This document shows positions 58,631-64,000 of a stretch of 64,000 nt of DNA, piece after piece. The stretch is from Octopus bimaculoides. Its lineage: Eukaryota. The position numbers and the translations under genes are program-made. Numbering within the stretch: the first letter of the stretch is position 1; each line of letters opens with the position of its first letter. The DNA lies in NCBI RefSeq assembly GCF_001194135.2, contig NC_068982.1, positions 159,189,230-159,253,229 on the forward strand, in the 5' to 3' direction. The notes beneath the pieces are model-generated. The model saw nothing but the letters and a program-made list of their open reading frames with translations, was not told the DNA's origin and did not search any database.

Positions 58631-59195
58631 TTCCAAACTACGGGTCAAGGTCACACATGTGATGGATGTGGGTTGGGGAGCTTCACCCCTATGTACATTG
58701 CAGGGTTTGAAAGCAGATTGAAACGAAGACAGGCGAATAACTATAGTTGATTTTTTTTATTTTATTTATTCTGAGCTTTACAATTATACATTCCTCATAT
58801 AGGCATCCTACACCTTAACTATCAGGGAGACACTCAATAGAATCAATACCATTATTTCCACGCACGTTCGCGCACGCATATACACATGAAATCACGTACA
58901 AACACACATGCACATATGTCTTCATGTGTTGTGTGCATATGCGTGTATTTATATGAGTGTATGTGTTATGTGAGTCAGTGTGTGTTATGTGAGTCTGTGT
59001 GTGTGTGTGGGGGGGGGTTGTGTTTGCATCGAAGTATTTTTCATAAATTGCTCAAAAATAATTTAAAATTAATTAGAGGTATGAGCTACGGCACGGATGT
59101 CTATGCCCAGCTAAGAAAACCAAAATAATTGAAAATAATCTCGGATATATAATGAAAAGTATCTACATATATTTATATACATGTGTATATATGTG

Positions 59196-59265
<70 letters not shown>

Positions 59266-59540
59266 NNNNNNNNNNNNNNNNNNNNNNNNNNNNNNNNNNN
59301 NNNNNNNNNNNNNNNNNNNNNNNNNNNNNNNNNNNNNNNNNNNNNNNNNNNNNNNNNNNNNNNNNNNNNNNNNNNNNNNNNNNNNNNNNNNNNNNNNNNN
59401 NNNNNNNNNNNNNNNNNNNNNNNNNNNNNNNNNNNNNNNNNNNNNNNNNNNNNNNNNNNNNNNNNNNNNNNNNNNNNNNNNNNNNTAATGCATGTAGTAT
59501 TTATATGCATGCAACTATTAGTAAATATATACATATATAT

Positions 59541-59584
<44 letters not shown>

Positions 59585-60644
59585 ATATAAGTACATTTAT
59601 ACGTATACACACATATATGTGTGTATGTGTAGATGGATGGATGGATGGATGGATTGATGGATGGATAGACGGATGGATAGACGGATGGATATATGCGTGC
59701 ATGTATGCTTGTATATAAAATCATTACAATAAATTCGTGATATAAACACATTGTAATAATGCACATGGAGTCAAACATGTCAAATCTTACCTTAATTTCT
59801 CAACTGTTTGTAATGTGAATAAAATATTGGTATAACTTTATTTTAATAGTTGTACTCAAGTACTTTAGTTAAATTTGCCTCGCGGGTAGTGGCTTGAATT
59901 CGTTGATATATTTTTGTGTTTCCGTCTGTAATTTTTTTCTAAATATACATATATTTTTATATAATAGATATACATGTGTAATCGTTTCTGTATGTATTTA
60001 TATAAATATGTGTGCGTCTGTGCATATGTTTGTGTGCATATATGTGTGGATTGGTATTTAATATTTGTTGTGTATGTATTTTTTCCTTTGTTCTTTATTT
60101 TTTCTCTTTTTTCAAATATATTTTATTTAGATATTCTGATAAATTGTGTTGTTTTTCTCACACGAAGTCGATAGCAAAGTCTATATAATGACATGTATGT
60201 AATTCCAGTATCTCCGCCTTAAGTCACTCGCTTCATGTTTGACTTATTCTTGTTAGCATTATTAGTATATAATTAGTATAATTATTATTGTTATTAATAT
60301 TATTAGTATGTTATTGTATATACATATATGTGTCTGTGTTTAAGTGCTTGTATATGTGTGTGTTATTTGTGTGTGTGTCTGTATTTATATTTATGTCTGT
60401 TTGTACGTATATATATGTGTGTATATATGTTTGTATTTATGTAGTGTGTGTATGCATATGATATTTTTCGTCTACTTCTTCCTTTGCGGTGATGTTATTG
60501 TGACATACAGCTCTGTCTGTTCTCCGGTATCAGAAGAATAACGAAAATATTCCTATCTCCTCCGTGTGCCCGTCCGTCCGTTTTTCCAAATGTTTCAACA
60601 TTCTAATAAACGAGCTGCTCTTCCTGGTTCCATGAAATTAATTT

Positions 60645-61000
60645 CTATCATAATAACAACGATGATGGTAAAAATGAAGACGATAGTGATGATTTTGTTA
60701 ATGGTAATGCTGATGTTAATGATGATGACAGTGAAGATGATAAAAAAGATGATGTTGATGATAACGGTAATATTTTTGATACTGATGAGGATACTGCTGA
60801 TGCTAATGCTAATGGTGACAACGGTGATGATGTTGAGGGAGATGCTGAAGACGGTTTTGATGTTATTGTTAATTGCTGGGTTATTTGGTAGCGGCGGTTG
60901 CTGTTATTGTTGTTGTTGTTGTTATAATTGTATGTATTGTTGTTGTATTGGTAATGACGATGATGGTGGTGGTGGTAGATGTGGTTGTGGTAGTGTTTAG
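60645..61000. repeat. Degenerate (GAT)/(GTT)/(GGT) trinucleotide region
   Basis: Directly visible low-complexity sequence; ORFs 60566-61000 and 60648-61040 are by-products. Confidence 0.85.
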
Positions 61001-61735
61001 CGACCTTTATAGTCAACATATCTGGTAACTTCATCCGCACTCTCGTAACTTCTCTGACCGACCGACTGTCATATATTTATTATCATTCGCTACAGCCTCA
61101 GTTATATTGTTGTTCTTGCTGTTACTGTTGCCGTTACTGCGACTGCTACTTCTGCTGCTGCTAATAGTGGTAGCGGTGTAGTTCTTCTTGATCGTGGTGT
61201 TTTAAGTGTTGCCGAAAATCTCCGGAAAGTACCATGGTCTTTCTCCTGCTATTTTAACCCCTACACATACATTTAAACACCACATGTTACTCGCATCTGC
61301 TTGTCTGACTGACTGCCTCTCCTTTGCCTTCGTATTGCTGCCTTCCTATCTATGTATCTGTCTGTCTGTCTGCCTGACTTGCTGTTGCTGATTGCAGGAA
61401 TGCTGGCTGGTTGGCTGGCTGGCTTGCAGATGAGACTCAGAATATATTGGCTCTGTGGCTGTGTGGCTGCTTTGATGGCTAAACTCGTTTGTCTTAGCTG
61501 CCTCCCAGTTTGTCTTGTCTTGTCTGTCTGTCTGCCTCCATCTTTATCTCTGACTCCGTTTATCTTTGTATATAACACATTTGCACGACTTCATTCTCTA
61601 TCACTTTCGTTTATTATCAATGACTATATCCTTTTATCTTATTTCAAGAATTTTTTTTTATTCGCACACATACACCTTCTCTTTCTCTCTTATTCTCTCT
61701 CTCTGTCTCTCTGTTTCTTACACACTCTTTCTCTG

Positions 61736-61806
<71 letters not shown>

Positions 61807-63201
61807 TTATCTATCTATCTGTGTATGTGTTTGTGCTTGCATGTACATATATATGAATGAATATGCATATCTCCTTTTTCTATCGTTATACTTTTCTCTA
61901 ATTCTTACTTTCATTTCATTCAATCGGGCCTATCTCTTTTGATATCCCAGCCTTTCCATGTTCTTTAATTAAGGTTGACTACTATATATATTATTGCTTA
62001 AAACGACCATTGTTAGAAGGAATTATAATATGACCCCCACCACCACCACCACAAAAGGTACAGGTGTAAGCACCGGTGCCTAATGCTTTATATTAGGGGC
62101 TGAGATGTCATTGTTCATCAGTATGAATTATATAGTTACTCTCGTGTTTGTTTCGTTAGATATTGTGAATAAGCGTATATTCAAATGAGGGACTGAATAA
62201 CTATATACACACAACAGGATACTCTGAAAACTATACACAACTGTACACTGGTTGAATAGTTAAGAACCTGTTGGGTGCCTTCCTTTTGTTTAGAATCAAC
62301 CGTAAGAACCCGTCCGATTACGAATTTTGGGGCATCTTTCGTCTGATGGAAGAAATGTCTATATTTTGTATACGGTTCTCTCCATTTACGTGTATAGAAA
62401 TACAAATATAATTCCATACTATCATTCATGCTCACGAAAATTCGCACAGACACACACGCACACACGCACATACGCACACACACACGAAAACACACACACG
62501 CACACACAGACATATATATATATTTAGACACACATACATACACGTGCATCCTCACCACACCCATACACATATGTGAACGCGTGATTAATGTATAGAGATA
62601 CATACGCACGTATATTTATTTCTAAATGTATTTCTGTGTATATGTCCGTAAACACACACACACACACACTCACACACTTTTATATATATAATGGAACAAA
62701 AACGCAATATATATTTATATACATACATATATATACGCGTACACACGCATGAAGTACATGTTCATCATTTACATACACATATATGAGAGTGTGGCTGTAT
62801 ATAGCTAGGTAGAGTGGTTGATACACAAATAGATGGTTTAGATAAAGACATCATAATGCGTGTAGAACGGAATGTGTATGACAGAGAGAGGGAGAGAGGG
62901 AGAGAGAGAGTAGACAGACAGACAGACAGTCACAGAAAGAGGAGAGAGAGAGAGAGAAGAATTAACGGGCATGACAGAACGACAGCAAGTTGAGTATGAT
63001 TAAAGGAAAAAATCAGATTCCAATGACAATAATAAAAACACGTTTTAAAGTGTTAACGATTATTTAATGTATGGAAAAGGAATGTACACAGAGAAATATG
63101 ACAATACACATATGCGCTTGTGTGTACGTGCGTGTGTATGCGTATGTTTGTGTGTGTGTCACATAATCTTGTATTATATAAATATTATATAATATATCAT
63201 G

Positions 63202-63412
<211 letters not shown>

Positions 63413-64000
63413 TGTATGTGCGTGCATACATGCGTGTGTGCGTGCGTGTGGTTATAGGTGTATGTAAGTGTATGAATATAGTCCAATTTATTCATATATA
63501 GATATACTATAGCACATAGAATTGTATCTCCATATGTGTTCGTGTGTGTACGTGTCTGTGTGTCTGTGTGAGTGTAACCGTTACTGTGTCTATGGATATG
63601 CCTTTGTACGTGGTCGATGAAAATGTAAAAGAGACTAAATACCCGGTTCAGTAAAATTGAGTAAAGCACCCAAGGCAGTACCCCATCAAAGCTACAGACT
63701 ATTAACTGAAACTAGAATTTTAAACGTGTATATTGAAAGACGTAGAGTTACCCATGTGCATGTTAGTATGTTTAATAACACACACCACACACTCACATAC
63801 ACACTCACATACACGCTCACATGCACGCTCACATGCACGCACACAACGCACGCGTATATTTTGAGTGTGAGTATTCAGCTCTCTGCTTGTCTACATGCGT
63901 GTACATGTATTTGGGCACTGAATATAGATATGCATATGTATTGCTTTAACTAGCTGCTTGTCAGTATATATACATATACATATATATATATATATATATA

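Overview
AT-rich, microsatellite-saturated eukaryotic scaffold DNA with 12 N-gaps (about 5.2 kb in total). The SINE families and the (TA)n/(CA)n/(AAT)n/(TACA)n load point to an Octopus genome; this is an inference from remembered octopus SINE consensus sequences, not a database search. I find no intact, recognisable host protein-coding gene, and almost every ORF in the supplied track is a microsatellite or gap artefact. The window does support a layered retroelement landscape: (i) a retroposed 5S rRNA pseudogene with poly(A), an 8-bp TSD, a 14-bp internal duplication and a 5' inverted segment (26.3-26.5 kb); (ii) a Penelope-like GIY-YIG endonuclease relic (24.7-25.4 kb); (iii) a CR1/L2-group LINE 5' part with a CCCH zinc finger and APE endonuclease (35.0-36.5 kb) and a 3' end of the same group (49.4-49.9 kb); (iv) R4/Dong-type fragments sitting in (AAT)n (14.4 kb) or (TACA)n (34.9 and 37.7-38.6 kb) microsatellites; (v) two tRNA-derived SINE families, one with a CORE-like box and one with a Nin/Deu-like box, including a dense, almost fully co-oriented pile-up of about 15 copies at 53.0-58.5 kb; (vi) a Tc1/mariner deletion derivative (17.2-17.7 kb), a long-TIR MITE (45.1-45.4 kb) and an old ~400-bp tandem duplication (5.0-6.9 kb). 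A few splice-site-flanked exon candidates exist but are unproven. I see no convincing new enzymatic or defence system. The most unusual items are the SINE array, the microsatellite-targeted R4/Dong fragments and the 5S retrocopy architecture.
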